DNA of 64,000 bases from Leptolyngbyaceae cyanobacterium (GCA_965263355.1 CBDHHL010000032.1:2304001-2368000), one strand, 5' to 3'. Counted from the first letter of the stretch, positions 1 to 11,608 are shown. Notes: generated by a model from the sequence alone, not told the origin. Translations and numbers: made by a program.

Positions 1-184
1 TTGCTGTGAGGTGGGCGAGTATGGGCGGCCCTTTAGCAGGGTCATGGTTAGGTCTTAGGAGCAGGGTATGTCGATACTCCCAAGGTATGTTAAGGAACTG
101 GAGAAAACATTGTTCAATGCTCTGTCCGGCAGTTTTTGGAATGTGAATAAAAAGACTATTTAAGGGGTATATTAACATTAACTG

Positions 185-1519
185 TTAGTGCATATAGTTA
201 CGGTTCAGCGTGCTACAGCGAGCAACGCATTCTGTGGCAAACGGTACCAAGTGGGTAAGGTTTAACTCACGTAAACTCTTTAAGATGTGTTCCCTGGCTA
301 GGGCTGATTGAGTAACGGTTTGGGGAATTATCCACTGAAGCCATTGTTTGATATCGGTATCACGGGCTGCCAAATATTGAATACGATTCCACCGATTGCC
401 CATTTTTGACTGTATTGAATGCAGATAAGACACTAAGGCATCTTCATTAAAGATAGGAAGTCCCTGGCACCTATTCAAATTACCGTTGGGGTGAATACTA
501 CAAAGTATACCTTGACTAACGTCAATGTATGAAACTTTGTTAGTGCGAGCAGTCAAAAGATTTTTAGCAAGGCGAAAGCCGGGTCTGCGCACCAGAACAT
601 GGACTTGACCAACGGATCGACCTAATAGTTGTAGCCCATACAGGGCAGACCCTTCCGAGAAAATTAGTTGGTCAGCGGCGGCGTATGTGGCTATTTGCTC
701 ATTGAGCGGTAAGGTTTCGGGGCGCATGACTTGAATGCCGACAGATTGCATTAATCTTTCAAGATAAGCTTCCCCGGCAAAATGAATTTTGACACCAGCT
801 CTAGAGACGAAAATAATCCCCTGGCAAGGACATTTAGGTAACTTTCTATCGACGTGCTCGTCTACGAGGTCAAGATACTTTGATGATGGGCCATACTGTT
901 CCAAATTAAGCTCTTTTGAGGGTGGACCATACTTAATGAGTTGCTCGGCCTGGGGAGCCACCAATAGATCACGTACTGATGTGGGTTGGGTGATCATTTT
1001 GACCCTGTCAGGTTGGAGGTTATACCAACTTAAGAGCGAGCGAAATAAGACTGGTGTTTGTGCCAGGGTTGTATATTGCTTACTTGCTTTAGACGAAAAT
1101 AGAAATTTTATCTTGGGGTAAGCGTTTCGAGTTTGCAGAATACGTGTGCTAAAGTCTGCGATTTGATGGCCAAAATGATTGACAATCGCTCCACACCAAG
1201 CGCTTGGTTCTGTTATGGAGTCAGTGTTGTTGTCGTGTAGCATTGTTGGTAAGTCGTCAATGGGGTGCCCGTTACGACAATGCCGCGCCTCCAATTGATG
1301 ATCCCAATTTGGCCAAAGGGGACCTCCTTGATGGGCAGAAAAGCCCAAAGGTCTTTCCAATAGATGTTGATAGGGAGTAATTAAAATGTTTTCAAAAGCA
1401 AGAATTTTCCCTAACGATGCTTTGTTGGTCCGCAACGCCAACGACGTTATCGATGTCGATATAGTGTTGGAATAAAGGTTGCGAGCTGCCCTCTGAAGAT
1501 TGAAAGATATACAAGGCAT
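185..1519 (-). CDS. Glycosyltransferase family 61 / DUF563-like protein
   Basis: HFGHQIADF motif, 'IFVSR' and 'PETLPLNEQIATYAAADQLIFSEGSAL' match the GT61 pattern; true start may be downstream. Confidence 0.7.
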   Translation of the reverse strand: MPCISFNLQRAARNLYSNTISTSITSLALRTNKASLGKILAFENILITPYQHLLERPLGFSAHQGGPLWPNWDHQLEARHCRNGHPIDDLPTMLHDNNTDSITEPSAWCGAIVNHFGHQIADFSTRILQTRNAYPKIKFLFSSKASKQYTTLAQTPVLFRSLLSWYNLQPDRVKMITQPTSVRDLLVAPQAEQLIKYGPPSKELNLEQYGPSSKYLDLVDEHVDRKLPKCPCQGIIFVSRAGVKIHFAGEAYLERLMQSVGIQVMRPETLPLNEQIATYAAADQLIFSEGSALYGLQLLGRSVGQVHVLVRRPGFRLAKNLLTARTNKVSYIDVSQGILCSIHPNGNLNRCQGLPIFNEDALVSYLHSIQSKMGNRWNRIQYLAARDTDIKQWLQWIIPQTVTQSALAREHILKSLRELNLTHLVPFATECVARCSTLNRNYMH

Positions 1520-1747
1520 CGAAAACCTGCTGACATATCAACTTAAGTACATGGTTTACATGGTGTTAAGAATACCCACTTTCCAGGGATAGCAACCGAT
1601 AGCGAACAATCTGTTATTGCTAGCGTGTAACCAACATATTTTATTGATATAGTTTTTGGTCTTTGGGAATACTAGGCAGGCCTTTCAATGGGCGCTACCA
1701 AGAGTATACATTCTCAAAATCTTGGATAATAGGGGCCTAATGTCCTA

Positions 1748-2911
1748 ATGATATTTTCTAAAGTTCCTTTAGCATGGTTACAACTCGCTAGAAATAAGAC
1801 ACGACTCTTAGTGGCTCTTATGGGGATTGCTTTCGCAGTAATCCTTATTTTCATGCAATTGGCATTCTTAAACTCGTTGTACGAAAGTCAAACAGCAGTA
1901 CATACTCGTCTTAAGGGTGACCTGGTAATGGTCAATGCCAATCTAAAAACCCTGGTTAATACGGTAGATTTTAACCGGATTAATCTTTATCGCAGCTTAA
2001 ATTTCCCAGAGGTCAAATCTGTTAACTATATTTACCATGGTCAAATCGCCCTAAAATATGGGAACAAGCGAGGGGCTAAAGGTATTGTTACGTTAGGTAT
2101 TAACCCGGAAAATTCTCCGTTTGATTTACCCACATTAGATCCTTTACTCAGTCAGCTTCTGACTTTAGATACCGTTATTTTTGATGCTAAATCTGATTTG
2201 AATGAGTACGGTGATATTGTTGGGGATTTTAATGCAGGAAAATCTGTCACCCTTGAGGCAGAGGTTCGACAAGTGCATGTGCGTGGAGTTGTCGATTTTG
2301 CAGGTGCCTCATTTGGCGATGATGGTAATTTGATAATGAGTACGGCTACTTTCCAACATGTAACTCCTTGGAGAAATGCAGATAAGATTACCATTGGTTT
2401 AATTACGTTAATGCCTGGCACTGATCCACAAGTAGCTATTAATAAGATAGACTCGCAGCTTCCGCCTAATATACGAGTGATGACGGTGCAAGATTTTATC
2501 AATCTTGAGAAAAAATACTGGTCTACCAGCGCACCTATTGGGTTTATCTTTGGAATAGGAACATTAGTTGGCTTTTTGGTAGGTGTTGTGATTGTTTATC
2601 AAGTGCTTTACAACGAAGTAAACGATCATCTTCCCGATTATGCCTTACTCAAAGCCAGAGGGTATAAGCAGCGTTACTTTTCTGGCATTCTTTTTCAGGA
2701 AGCATCGATCCTGGCTGTATTGGGTTATATTCCAGGTTTTGCAATTTCTTTGGGACTATACGATGTCACCCAAAGTTCTACGGCTTTACCTATTTATATG
2801 ACCCTATATCGAGGTGTTTTTGTCTTTCTATTGACACTGGCAATGTGCTTTACGTCTGGAGCAATTGCGATGAATAAGCTTCAGGAAGCTGATCCCGCCG
2901 ATCTTTTTTAA
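1748..2911 (+). CDS. devC: ABC exporter permease, DevC family
   Basis: N-term 'PLAWLQL..NKTRLLVALMGIAFAVILIFMQL' and C-term 'KLQEADPADLF' are typical of DevC; no devB/devA adjacent. Confidence 0.85.
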   Translation: MIFSKVPLAWLQLARNKTRLLVALMGIAFAVILIFMQLAFLNSLYESQTAVHTRLKGDLVMVNANLKTLVNTVDFNRINLYRSLNFPEVKSVNYIYHGQIALKYGNKRGAKGIVTLGINPENSPFDLPTLDPLLSQLLTLDTVIFDAKSDLNEYGDIVGDFNAGKSVTLEAEVRQVHVRGVVDFAGASFGDDGNLIMSTATFQHVTPWRNADKITIGLITLMPGTDPQVAINKIDSQLPPNIRVMTVQDFINLEKKYWSTSAPIGFIFGIGTLVGFLVGVVIVYQVLYNEVNDHLPDYALLKARGYKQRYFSGILFQEASILAVLGYIPGFAISLGLYDVTQSSTALPIYMTLYRGVFVFLLTLAMCFTSGAIAMNKLQEADPADLF

Positions 2912-2924
2912 CCTGTTTATCCTA

Positions 2925-3160
2925 CTCGGGCACCAATATAAAGCGGGACGATTTCCCCAGGGATTTAGAGTTCGGAATACTCTGCGAGAAAAGCAACGCT
3001 TTACGGAGTTCGGAATTCGGAGTTCGGAGTTCGGAGTACTCTACTCTTTGAGAATGCCAGGGGCAAGCGAGAAGGGCAAAGCCCTACGGAACGACCTCTC
3101 TTTATGATTTCCTTACCGTTAGGTCGTCCAGAAGACTTATTCTGACTTCTGAATTCAGTC
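2925..3160 (+). repeat. Small dispersed / MITE-like repeat with internal heptamer (CGGAGTT/CGGAATT) tandem, copy 1
   Basis: About 110 bp homologous to the reverse complement of 36701-36801; five heptamer units at 3004-3038. Confidence 0.75.
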
Positions 3161-3326
3161 TTATCTGATCCCGCTGGTCCATGTGAACCGAAGACAGGAG
3201 CGTTTTGCTTGACAGATAGTCAGGCGTAGCAATGTGTTGAAGGATACTGTAAATCATGACGGATTGTAACGGATAATAAATCTGTGGGCTTTCAGCCTAC
3301 AGTTGCCATGTCATGCGAGCATTCCT

Positions 3327-4187
3327 ATGATTTCTGAGGCGGTTAAGCCTACTGGTTCGAATTTGCGATCGCTCAAAAATCACCAGGTTGGTCCCTTTTC
3401 CTGGGTGCGGTTCACCTTCTTTACCTTCATTCATGCCGTGGCACTGCTGGCACCCTGGCATTTTTCCTGGCCAGCATTGAGCATTACGTTATTCCTCCAT
3501 TGGCTGACCGGCAGTTTAGGGATTTGTCTGGGGTTTCATCGTTTATTGACCCACCGTAGTTTGCGGGTACCCAAGGGGTGGGAGTACTTTTTTGCCGTCT
3601 GCGGTTGTCTGGCAATTCAGGGCAGCCCCATTTTCTGGGTGTCTGGTCACCGGCAACACCATCTACACACGGAGCATCGAGATAAGGATCCCTACTCAGC
3701 TCAACGGGGGTTTTGGTGGAGTCATATGCAGTGGGTACTCTACCGTCGACCTGAATTTTTTGAGTATGACTCCTATGCCAAGCTAGCCCCTGATTTAGCA
3801 AAGGATCCGGTGTATCGCTGGATGGATAAATATTTTTATGTGCTGCAGATTCCGGTTGCGTTGATTCTCTACGCTATCGGCGGCTGGGGTTTTCTTGTTT
3901 ACGGAGTATGTTTACGCCTGGTGTTGTTGTGGCATAGCACCTGGTTTATTAACTCTGCCTGCCACCTGTGGGGCAACCGCACCTATGACTGCGAGGACGA
4001 TGCCCGCAATCTATGGTGGGCTGCGATTTTAGCCTATGGTGAAGGGTGGCATAACAATCATCATGCACACCCAAACGCTGCTCCTGCAGGGCGCAAATGG
4101 TGGCAGATTGATATGACCTGGTGGGTGATTTTATTGTTGAGAAGACTGGGTTTGGCAACCCATGTGGTGATGCCTCCCATGTTGTAA
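3327..4187 (+). CDS. Acyl-lipid/acyl-CoA delta-9-type fatty acid desaturase (DesC family)
   Basis: His boxes HRLLTH, HRQHH, HNNHH plus GEGWHNNHHA; ATG 3327 preferred over TTG 3303. Confidence 0.88.
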   Translation: MISEAVKPTGSNLRSLKNHQVGPFSWVRFTFFTFIHAVALLAPWHFSWPALSITLFLHWLTGSLGICLGFHRLLTHRSLRVPKGWEYFFAVCGCLAIQGSPIFWVSGHRQHHLHTEHRDKDPYSAQRGFWWSHMQWVLYRRPEFFEYDSYAKLAPDLAKDPVYRWMDKYFYVLQIPVALILYAIGGWGFLVYGVCLRLVLLWHSTWFINSACHLWGNRTYDCEDDARNLWWAAILAYGEGWHNNHHAHPNAAPAGRKWWQIDMTWWVILLLRRLGLATHVVMPPML

Positions 4188-4221
4188 TAGATAACAGTAA
4201 CAGAGTTATTTAGCAGCAACC

Positions 4222-5184
4222 CTAAAAACCGTCTCCCCAGGCAGCGGCAGCAGTTGACGCAACTTCATTTGTAACGGGTGCCGCTTCTCTCGCTTCGGCA
4301 AATTTGTTAGTAGAGACACAGTCTACGTTAGCTGGCAAGATAACATCACCCTTGTAAAAGCAAGCAAACTGCCCATCAACCAGGTTAGAAAGCCTGCTAA
4401 AGTCAGCATTGGCAACTTCTATTCTTTTCTCACCATCGGTAAATATCGCACCATGGAAACACCCTAAATAGGCAAATTTCTCGCCCCCCAAACAATAGAA
4501 TCGTGCCCCCACTAGATAGGTATGGCTAAAGTCTGTGGCCTCAGCAGTCACGGTAGCACTAAAGTCAACACCAGCTAAATTAGCTCCTGTAAGGATAGCG
4601 GCTGACAAATTGGCTCCATTAAAACTAGATTTAGCCAGGTTGGCTCCAGTAAAGTTACAGCCGCTTAAGTTAGCTGCCGTAAAGTTAGCACTTTCTAAAT
4701 TGCACCCCGTAAAATCAGTTCCGGTTAAATCCGCTTGCTTGAAGTTCGCTCGGCTCAGGTTTGCGCCCTTACCAACGGCGGTTGGCTGATGTTCCGTTAC
4801 CGGCTGCTTTATCGGTGTCACTATCTGAAACTTGTATCCCCGGCCTTTTACCAAAACAAAGCGGCTATTATGAATCACCGTTGGATGATGATCATCCAAG
4901 GCATCCCCATTCAAACCAGGATAATGGCCAATAAACGTGGATGAATCCACCTTAGCCCCTGAAACGATCATGCCGATGTGCTCACTATCGGGGGCAAATG
5001 ATGTATTCATGGGATCCCGATCTAGATGTCCCCCAACGATATGGTTTTGAGCCAATGAAGCCCCGGCGAGGCTAATATCATCAGTGCTTTCCATAAGGAT
5101 TAGTTTTTTAGGCCCATAGTTGGCCTGTGGCTGCGCATAGACAGCATTTACAGGATTGAGCTTAAGAGTTTCAGGGGGTTCCAT
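4222..5184 (-). CDS. Pentapeptide repeat protein
   Basis: Run of A(N/D)L(S/T)x pentapeptides (ANLSR ANFKQ ADLTG ...). Confidence 0.8.
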   Translation of the reverse strand: MEPPETLKLNPVNAVYAQPQANYGPKKLILMESTDDISLAGASLAQNHIVGGHLDRDPMNTSFAPDSEHIGMIVSGAKVDSSTFIGHYPGLNGDALDDHHPTVIHNSRFVLVKGRGYKFQIVTPIKQPVTEHQPTAVGKGANLSRANFKQADLTGTDFTGCNLESANFTAANLSGCNFTGANLAKSSFNGANLSAAILTGANLAGVDFSATVTAEATDFSHTYLVGARFYCLGGEKFAYLGCFHGAIFTDGEKRIEVANADFSRLSNLVDGQFACFYKGDVILPANVDCVSTNKFAEAREAAPVTNEVASTAAAAWGDGF

Positions 5185-5321
5185 CGGATTTGCCCAGTAG
5201 CTGCAACCACTTAGAGGTCAACACGCATGTCAGCCCCTTGAGTGAATTCGTATTCCCCGGATTTTAACTAGCAACTTTGCGTAGTAACACCTACTATTCA
5301 CAGAACTTATATTAGGGCAAT

Positions 5322-8201
5322 CTACAGGATCACAAATTCCACTACCATATCGTTGTAGTCGCGATCGCCCAGGCCGCTGATATCTTCAAATCCGAAGATA
5401 TTGTCGCCCAGCAGCTTGGCATGATCGTTGTTACCCTTATTAGCCCCGGCATGGCTAAAGAACACATCATTTGTCGCTGGATCACCGCCCCCAACCACGA
5501 GAAATGTGGCCAAGAAGCCACCTGCAGTCAATTCAGCTGAAAATGTGCTCACCTGGTCATTCTCTCCGGTTAGCTCTATCGCTAGCTTGTTAGCTAAAGC
5601 CGCTGCTTTATAGCCTGCATCACCCGGTCGCAAAATGTTGTTAGTTAAGGGGTCGCGGATACCACCATCAATAAAATCGGTCTTGTAAAGACCAATCGTA
5701 TTATCAAGGGCCGCTTCACGATAAACCCTAAAGTCAACATTGACCAATCCTATTTGGCCACTGAGATCAATGGCCGCAGCATCATTCACTAACAAGTTTG
5801 TTGTTGTTGTTTGGGTAACTGTTTCTACAGTCAGTTGGGTACCGTTACCAAAGTTAAGCCCAACTTCAGTGGTGCTAATGGCGGTTGGTGTTGCTAGTTG
5901 AGTTGTGCCATTCACCACTAGCTGAAACTCTAAAAACTGGCCCTCGCTTATCTGATTGCTATCGATACTAAATCCAGGCATATAGGCAGCGGGTAACTGC
6001 CCCCCTTCAAGCAGAAAGAAATTGCCTATTTGAGTACGGTTGTTGCTATCAACATCAACATCAACAATACGAATCTCACCTACATCAGAGATATTCACCG
6101 ACTCTACCTGCAAGCGTAGGGTGTTGGCACTGCCCAGACCCGTGATTTCTAAGCCTGACAACGGGGTGAGCTGGGCCGGGTTAATCGGCGTTATGATCGC
6201 TTCATTAGTTAGAGTATAGGTCTCATCTATCTCGGGCTCAGTTGTCGGCAACGGATTGCCAATGGGGTCTGTAATATCTTGACTCGCCGCCAAATCTAGC
6301 CCAACAGTACCGTTAAAGGCCGCCAGGTCCCCTCCAGAAACCGTGATGTCGTAGGCAGTGGCACTGATGGCAGTAATGCTTGTAACTTCGGCAGTTGAAC
6401 CACCTGTGACAGTGAAGTCAGTCGTCGTAATGTTTTGGATACTTTCACTAAAGGTGACACGAAACACCAGACTATCCGCATCGGTCTCTGCTGTGGCAGG
6501 TATTTGGCGAGCGATGCTAAGTAGGCTAGGGGACAGGTCGCGGTTAAACGCTGTCAAGGCGGAATCCGTAGCACTTACCGAAAACACCTGCTGGTCATCA
6601 GGGCTAACGGCCACTCCAATCGCTCCAGCTAATTCGTTTGCCCCATTGACACCATCTTGATCCTGAATAACCTGGCTGACCGCTAATCGCCCATTCACAT
6701 CCCGGTCAAATACGGTGATGGCACTGTCCCCAAAGCTACTTACAAATACCTGATTGCCATCGGGGCTAATGGTGACATCCGTAAACCCATCAACGTTAAT
6801 AATCCCGGTACCACCGATGCCGCCAAATAGTTCTGCGTTGTCGTCGCCATCTTGCACAACTTGGGCAAAACTCAGGGTACCGTCGGCATTACGGTCAAAT
6901 ACGGTAATCGCCGCATCGATAGCACTGGCTACATAAACCTGGTTACCATCGGGACTGACCACCACACCCGAGGCCCCAAATAGGTGTTCAGCACCATTCT
7001 GGCCATCTTTTATGGCTTGGCGAAAGGCTACATTACCTGAGGCATCTCGATCAAATACGGTAATTGCCGCATCGTCCCGGCTAGTAACAAATACCTGGTT
7101 ACCCTCAGGGCTAATTGCTACCCCCGAGGCTCCAAATAGTTCATCAGCTCCACCTAAATTATCGGTAACAGTCTGGCGAAAAGTTAAATTACCAGACTCA
7201 TCTCGATCAAATACCGTCAGGGCAGAATCGACAATGCTAACCACAAATATCTGGCTACCGTCAGGACTAATGGCGACATCAATTGCCCCTTCAAGGGTAT
7301 TAATGCCGTCACGGCCATCCTTGAGTAATTGTTGCTCAGTCAGGGTGCCAGTAGCATCACGGTTAAATACTGTCAGGGAATGATCGCCAGTGCTGGCCAC
7401 AAATACTTGACTGCCATCAGGACTGACGGTTACTCCAAAGGCTCCAAATAGTTCATCTACCTCAAAGCTATCTCGAATCACCTGGTTAAAGGTCAAATTA
7501 CCAAATGCATCCAGGTTAAAGACGGTTAGGGCGGCGTCTACTGCACTGGTCACAAACACTTGAGTACCATCGGGACTGACGGTTACTCCTGATGCACCAA
7601 AAAGGCGATTAAGGTTTGGGTCAACAATACCAATTTCCCCATCCTTAATATCTTGCTGAAATGTGAGCACCAGGGTGGCTGTGTAGGCATCAAGCACCGT
7701 TTGCCGAAATGTCTGTGTGGCTACCGGCGGCCACTGGCCATTGCCCACTGCTGTCGCTGAGGCAGTGATCACCGTGCCGGTTAATGCGGCTAGCGCTTGC
7801 ACAAATTCAGTGCCCGCATCGCCTGCGGCCACATGGCAAGCCAAGAGGGTCAGCTGTGCCGCATCCACTGTTCTAAACCAGCTTTGAAGATGCTGGGCGT
7901 AACTGTTCAGATTGTTCAGTTCTAGGTTGCCAGCTCCCAGTTGCATCTCGCCAGGGGCACCGTGGGCCACCAAAGTAAGCGATGCCGTTGGGTGCTGATG
8001 GAGTAGCTCGCTGATTTGCTCAATGCCATCACGGTCTGGGTCAAGCACATGGGCGCTGACACCGGGGCGTAGACCAGCCAGCAACAACGGTAAATCATCT
8101 ACACGACTGTCAAAAACTACCAGCGCCGTTTCGTCAATGGAAATTTGCTGTCCCACGGGCTGACGATGATCAGACTTAGCAGTAGGTGTAGAGGAGGTCA
8201 T
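5322..8201 (-). CDS. DUF4347 + lactonase-type beta-propeller + C-terminal DUF4114 protein (probably extracellular)
   Basis: 'VVFDSRV..LVAHGAPG..LLACHVAAG..G.EFV..LA.LTG..I.AS' (DUF4347); about 7 'V.VSPDG.QVFV' repeats; 'FGFEDISGLGDRDYNDMVV' (DUF4114). Confidence 0.8.
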   Translation of the reverse strand: MTSSTPTAKSDHRQPVGQQISIDETALVVFDSRVDDLPLLLAGLRPGVSAHVLDPDRDGIEQISELLHQHPTASLTLVAHGAPGEMQLGAGNLELNNLNSYAQHLQSWFRTVDAAQLTLLACHVAAGDAGTEFVQALAALTGTVITASATAVGNGQWPPVATQTFRQTVLDAYTATLVLTFQQDIKDGEIGIVDPNLNRLFGASGVTVSPDGTQVFVTSAVDAALTVFNLDAFGNLTFNQVIRDSFEVDELFGAFGVTVSPDGSQVFVASTGDHSLTVFNRDATGTLTEQQLLKDGRDGINTLEGAIDVAISPDGSQIFVVSIVDSALTVFDRDESGNLTFRQTVTDNLGGADELFGASGVAISPEGNQVFVTSRDDAAITVFDRDASGNVAFRQAIKDGQNGAEHLFGASGVVVSPDGNQVYVASAIDAAITVFDRNADGTLSFAQVVQDGDDNAELFGGIGGTGIINVDGFTDVTISPDGNQVFVSSFGDSAITVFDRDVNGRLAVSQVIQDQDGVNGANELAGAIGVAVSPDDQQVFSVSATDSALTAFNRDLSPSLLSIARQIPATAETDADSLVFRVTFSESIQNITTTDFTVTGGSTAEVTSITAISATAYDITVSGGDLAAFNGTVGLDLAASQDITDPIGNPLPTTEPEIDETYTLTNEAIITPINPAQLTPLSGLEITGLGSANTLRLQVESVNISDVGEIRIVDVDVDSNNRTQIGNFFLLEGGQLPAAYMPGFSIDSNQISEGQFLEFQLVVNGTTQLATPTAISTTEVGLNFGNGTQLTVETVTQTTTTNLLVNDAAAIDLSGQIGLVNVDFRVYREAALDNTIGLYKTDFIDGGIRDPLTNNILRPGDAGYKAAALANKLAIELTGENDQVSTFSAELTAGGFLATFLVVGGGDPATNDVFFSHAGANKGNNDHAKLLGDNIFGFEDISGLGDRDYNDMVVEFVIL

Positions 8202-8511
8202 AGGAACTTTTTTACAAACTGATATTGGTAAATCTGACGGGAAAATAGGCTCAGAACTGGCTAAATCAGATCCTTAAAAAGAGCAATTTTTTTCCTATCA
8301 AGATGTCCAGTGACCTTGCTAATCATCAGTATCCTTAACGAACAAACATGAAACATTTATGGCTCTTTACAAGAGCCATAAACTTTGGTTCCGATAACTC
8401 ACTTCTATAGTTGGAACAACAACCTGCAGGACGCTAGGGTCCCAAAAAGGACTTACTGAATAAACGGTAAAAGCCCTTATGATGTAGCCTGACCACCGGT
8501 ATTTATTCTCC

Positions 8512-10122
8512 ATGTTCTTAGATAGCGCTTTGCCCGATTTACACGGTGTTTTAGCCACCGCCGCTGCCGACGTGGTCATTGAAAATGAGGCCATCGAGGA
8601 GAACCTGCGCCAGTTTTTGCTAGTCCTGTCAGTCTCGTTAGGGGTGGCTACGCTGTCACGCGTGGTCAGCTGGCTACGGAATATTCCCTACACCCTGTTG
8701 CTGTTGCTGGTGGGATTAGGTCTGGCGGTACTTAATGTGCGGCTGGTTAACTTGTCACCTGAGCTAATTTTATTCATTTTCCTGCCGCCGTTATTGTTTG
8801 AGGCGGCCTGGAATATTAAGTGGGAAAACCTTAAGCGTGATTGGGTGCCCATTGTGCTCTATGCCATCATTGGCGTGGTGATTTGTGTTGGGGCACTACT
8901 TTGGGGATTAATCAATGTCGCTGGCGCTTCCTTAGCCACGGCATTGCTGGTAGGGGCCAGCCTATCAGCCACCGATCCGGTTTCGGTGGTGGCCCTATTT
9001 CGTGAACTAGGGGTAAATAAACGGCTGACCACCCTGATGGAGGGGGAAAGTCTGTTTAACGATGGGGTGGCTGTAGTCGCGTTTAACTTGGTGATTGGTA
9101 TCGCACTGGGGGTGGAGCGGTTTGACCTGTCAGTTACCATTGCTCAGTTTTTAGTATTTACTGGCATCGGCGTTAGTGTCGGCGCGCTCATCGGCTTCGG
9201 TATTTCGTTTTTGACCCAGCGCTTTGACCTGCCTTTAGTGGAACAGTCGCTTACACTGGTGTCGGCCTATGGCACCTACATTGTGGCGGAAGAGTTGGGG
9301 GGCTCTGGTGTCATCGCAGTGGTGACTACGGCACTAATTTTGGGGAATTTTGGATCCCGTATTGGCATGAACCCCCGTACCCGGTTGGTGGTATCAGAAT
9401 TTTGGGAGTTTTTAGCGTTTTTTGTTAACTCCATTGTATTTTTGCTGATTGGGGATCAGGTGGAGTTTAGTAGTCTGAGTAATTACTTGGATTCAATTTT
9501 GATTGCGATCGCAATCATGCTGTTAGCCCGTCTGATCAGCGTCTTTGGCCTCAGCTTTTTTAGCAATATGGTCACCCCAGACAACGAAGACATTAGCTGG
9601 CAGGGCCAGACCGTCCTATGGTGGGGAGGGCTACGTGGGTCCGTTTCGATAGCCCTGGCCTTGAGTGTGCCCGCTGCCCTGGCTGAGCGAGAAGAGATCA
9701 TTGCCACGGTCTTTGGCGTCATGTTATTCACCCTGTTGGTCCAGGGATTAACCACCAAGTCATTGTTGGAAGTCCTTGATCTCCTAGGCGATCAACCCTT
9801 GCGGCAGCAGTACATGCAAAGCGTTGCTCGACGAGTTGCCTTAAACCGTGTCATCTGTCGCGTCAACGAACTCATAGAGCGGCAAGAAGTGGATAATGAA
9901 TTTGGCCGCTATCAGTTAGCTCTGGTGGAAGGACAGGTGCAGAAGCTGCAGGAAGAACTGCAAACGATGCAGGCCAGTCATCCCGAACTCCAAACCTTTG
10001 CCGCAGAACAGATCAAAGAGGAATTATTAGCCATTGAGTCCGATACCTATGCAGAGTTTATTCGAGCCGGGCAACTTAAGGATGAACTGGCCCCGCTCCT
10101 GCAGGACGTACTGTCAGATTAA
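8512..10122 (+). CDS. Na+/H+ antiporter, CPA1/NhaP family (NhaS1-like)
   Basis: IFLPPLLFEAA, ATDPVSV, EGESLFNDG and GGLRG motifs. Confidence 0.92.
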   Translation: MFLDSALPDLHGVLATAAADVVIENEAIEENLRQFLLVLSVSLGVATLSRVVSWLRNIPYTLLLLLVGLGLAVLNVRLVNLSPELILFIFLPPLLFEAAWNIKWENLKRDWVPIVLYAIIGVVICVGALLWGLINVAGASLATALLVGASLSATDPVSVVALFRELGVNKRLTTLMEGESLFNDGVAVVAFNLVIGIALGVERFDLSVTIAQFLVFTGIGVSVGALIGFGISFLTQRFDLPLVEQSLTLVSAYGTYIVAEELGGSGVIAVVTTALILGNFGSRIGMNPRTRLVVSEFWEFLAFFVNSIVFLLIGDQVEFSSLSNYLDSILIAIAIMLLARLISVFGLSFFSNMVTPDNEDISWQGQTVLWWGGLRGSVSIALALSVPAALAEREEIIATVFGVMLFTLLVQGLTTKSLLEVLDLLGDQPLRQQYMQSVARRVALNRVICRVNELIERQEVDNEFGRYQLALVEGQVQKLQEELQTMQASHPELQTFAAEQIKEELLAIESDTYAEFIRAGQLKDELAPLLQDVLSD

Positions 10123-10444
10123 CCCGTCAGGCTTGTTTCATGACAATCTCTACCCAAGGTTCGGAAACCATTTGTCGAGCGTACAATCTGTAGTCATATA
10201 TTATGACTAGCTAATATTGAAAAGTGGATAAAGTGTTAAATCTGTATTGAATTGGGTATTAAGTATTGAACTTTTATAGGGTGCTGGTAAATCAAATGTG
10301 GGCAATCGCTGGCTAGGATTTAGTTTATAGCAGTGCTTTACACTGTACGGACTAGATTACAAAGGTCTGGTATCCTCAGTACTCCAGGCTCTAGAAGGGT
10401 ATTATTCCACTATCCAGCCAGTTTATGCAGGTATAGGAGTTTTT

Positions 10445-11458
10445 ATGAAGGCGTTTGTAACTGGCAGTACTGGTTTGCTTGGCAGCAACCTGACAAAATT
10501 ATTACTAAGTCAGGGATTTGAGGTCATTGCATTAACCCGTGAATTAACTAAAGCCAGTAAGGTTCTAGAAGAGCACCCAAGTTTGAAGGTGGTGCAAGGC
10601 GATATGCAAGAAGTTGCAGATTTTGCCCACTACTTGCAAGGCTGCGATGTTTTATTTCACACTGCATCTTACTTTCGAGAGTCCTTTGATTATGGCGATC
10701 ATTGGCATCAACTCAAAGCCATCAATGTAGACGCCACCATTAAGCTACTCGAAGCTGCAGATAAAGCAGGCGTATCCAAGGTAATTTATGTTAGCGATGC
10801 CTGTGGCTGTGTCGGCATCATTCGTGGGGGTGCTCCCAGCAATGAGGCCACACCATTCCAGGAATTTAATCATAAAAATCCTTATTTTAAGAGTAAGCTC
10901 ATGGCCGAGGAGGCCATCTCTAACTTTATTAAGGGTCACAAGCTGCCTGTGGTCTTGATTTTGCCAGCAGGCATGCTCGGCCCTAGTGATGCTGCGCCCA
11001 CCGAAATGGGTCGCTTTATTCTTAATGTGATGAAAGGAAACTCACCGTTGATCCCTAGCGGCGGCTTTCCCTTGGTAGATGCCCGTGATGTGGCCATGAC
11101 CATGATTTCTGCTTTATATTCGGGGCAACCTAACGAGCGCTATGTAGTGTCAGGGGGCTATTATTCAGTCAATGAAATTATGCATGATGTTGCTGAAGTT
11201 AGCGGTCAGCGCATCCCTAACCGAAAGCTTCCCTGGCTTTTCGTACCTCTATGGGCATTTATCCAAAACCTGATTAGTCGGATTAAAGGCAAGAAACCCT
11301 TTATCCATGGCGACATGGTAAGAGTAATGCTATCCAGGCAATGGTTTGATGTGAGCAAAGCTAACCAGACCCTCAAAGCCACCTATCGTCCCTTCAAAGA
11401 GACTATTAAAGATACGGTGCAGTGGTATCAACAAAATGGATATGTGCGCGATGTTTAA
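10445..11458 (+). CDS. NAD-dependent epimerase/dehydratase (extended SDR, dihydroflavonol-reductase-like)
   Basis: TGSTGLLG Rossmann motif; YxxSK (YFKSK). Confidence 0.85.
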   Translation: MKAFVTGSTGLLGSNLTKLLLSQGFEVIALTRELTKASKVLEEHPSLKVVQGDMQEVADFAHYLQGCDVLFHTASYFRESFDYGDHWHQLKAINVDATIKLLEAADKAGVSKVIYVSDACGCVGIIRGGAPSNEATPFQEFNHKNPYFKSKLMAEEAISNFIKGHKLPVVLILPAGMLGPSDAAPTEMGRFILNVMKGNSPLIPSGGFPLVDARDVAMTMISALYSGQPNERYVVSGGYYSVNEIMHDVAEVSGQRIPNRKLPWLFVPLWAFIQNLISRIKGKKPFIHGDMVRVMLSRQWFDVSKANQTLKATYRPFKETIKDTVQWYQQNGYVRDV

Positions 11459-11608
11459 GGGGCCATTTCGGTAGCATCACGGCTTTCTGTGAATACTAAA
11501 CCTGTCCATGTCCAGAACGGTCATTTTTCCGTAGAAGACCTACAGGTCTCAACTTGGACATAGTTTAGGTTGTGGTGTGAAATATCCTATCTACCGGAGA
11601 CGTTACCT

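Noticed and set aside
1..45. Possible minus-strand gene start running off the window edge
   Set aside because: Only 15 codons are visible, with no recognisable motif.
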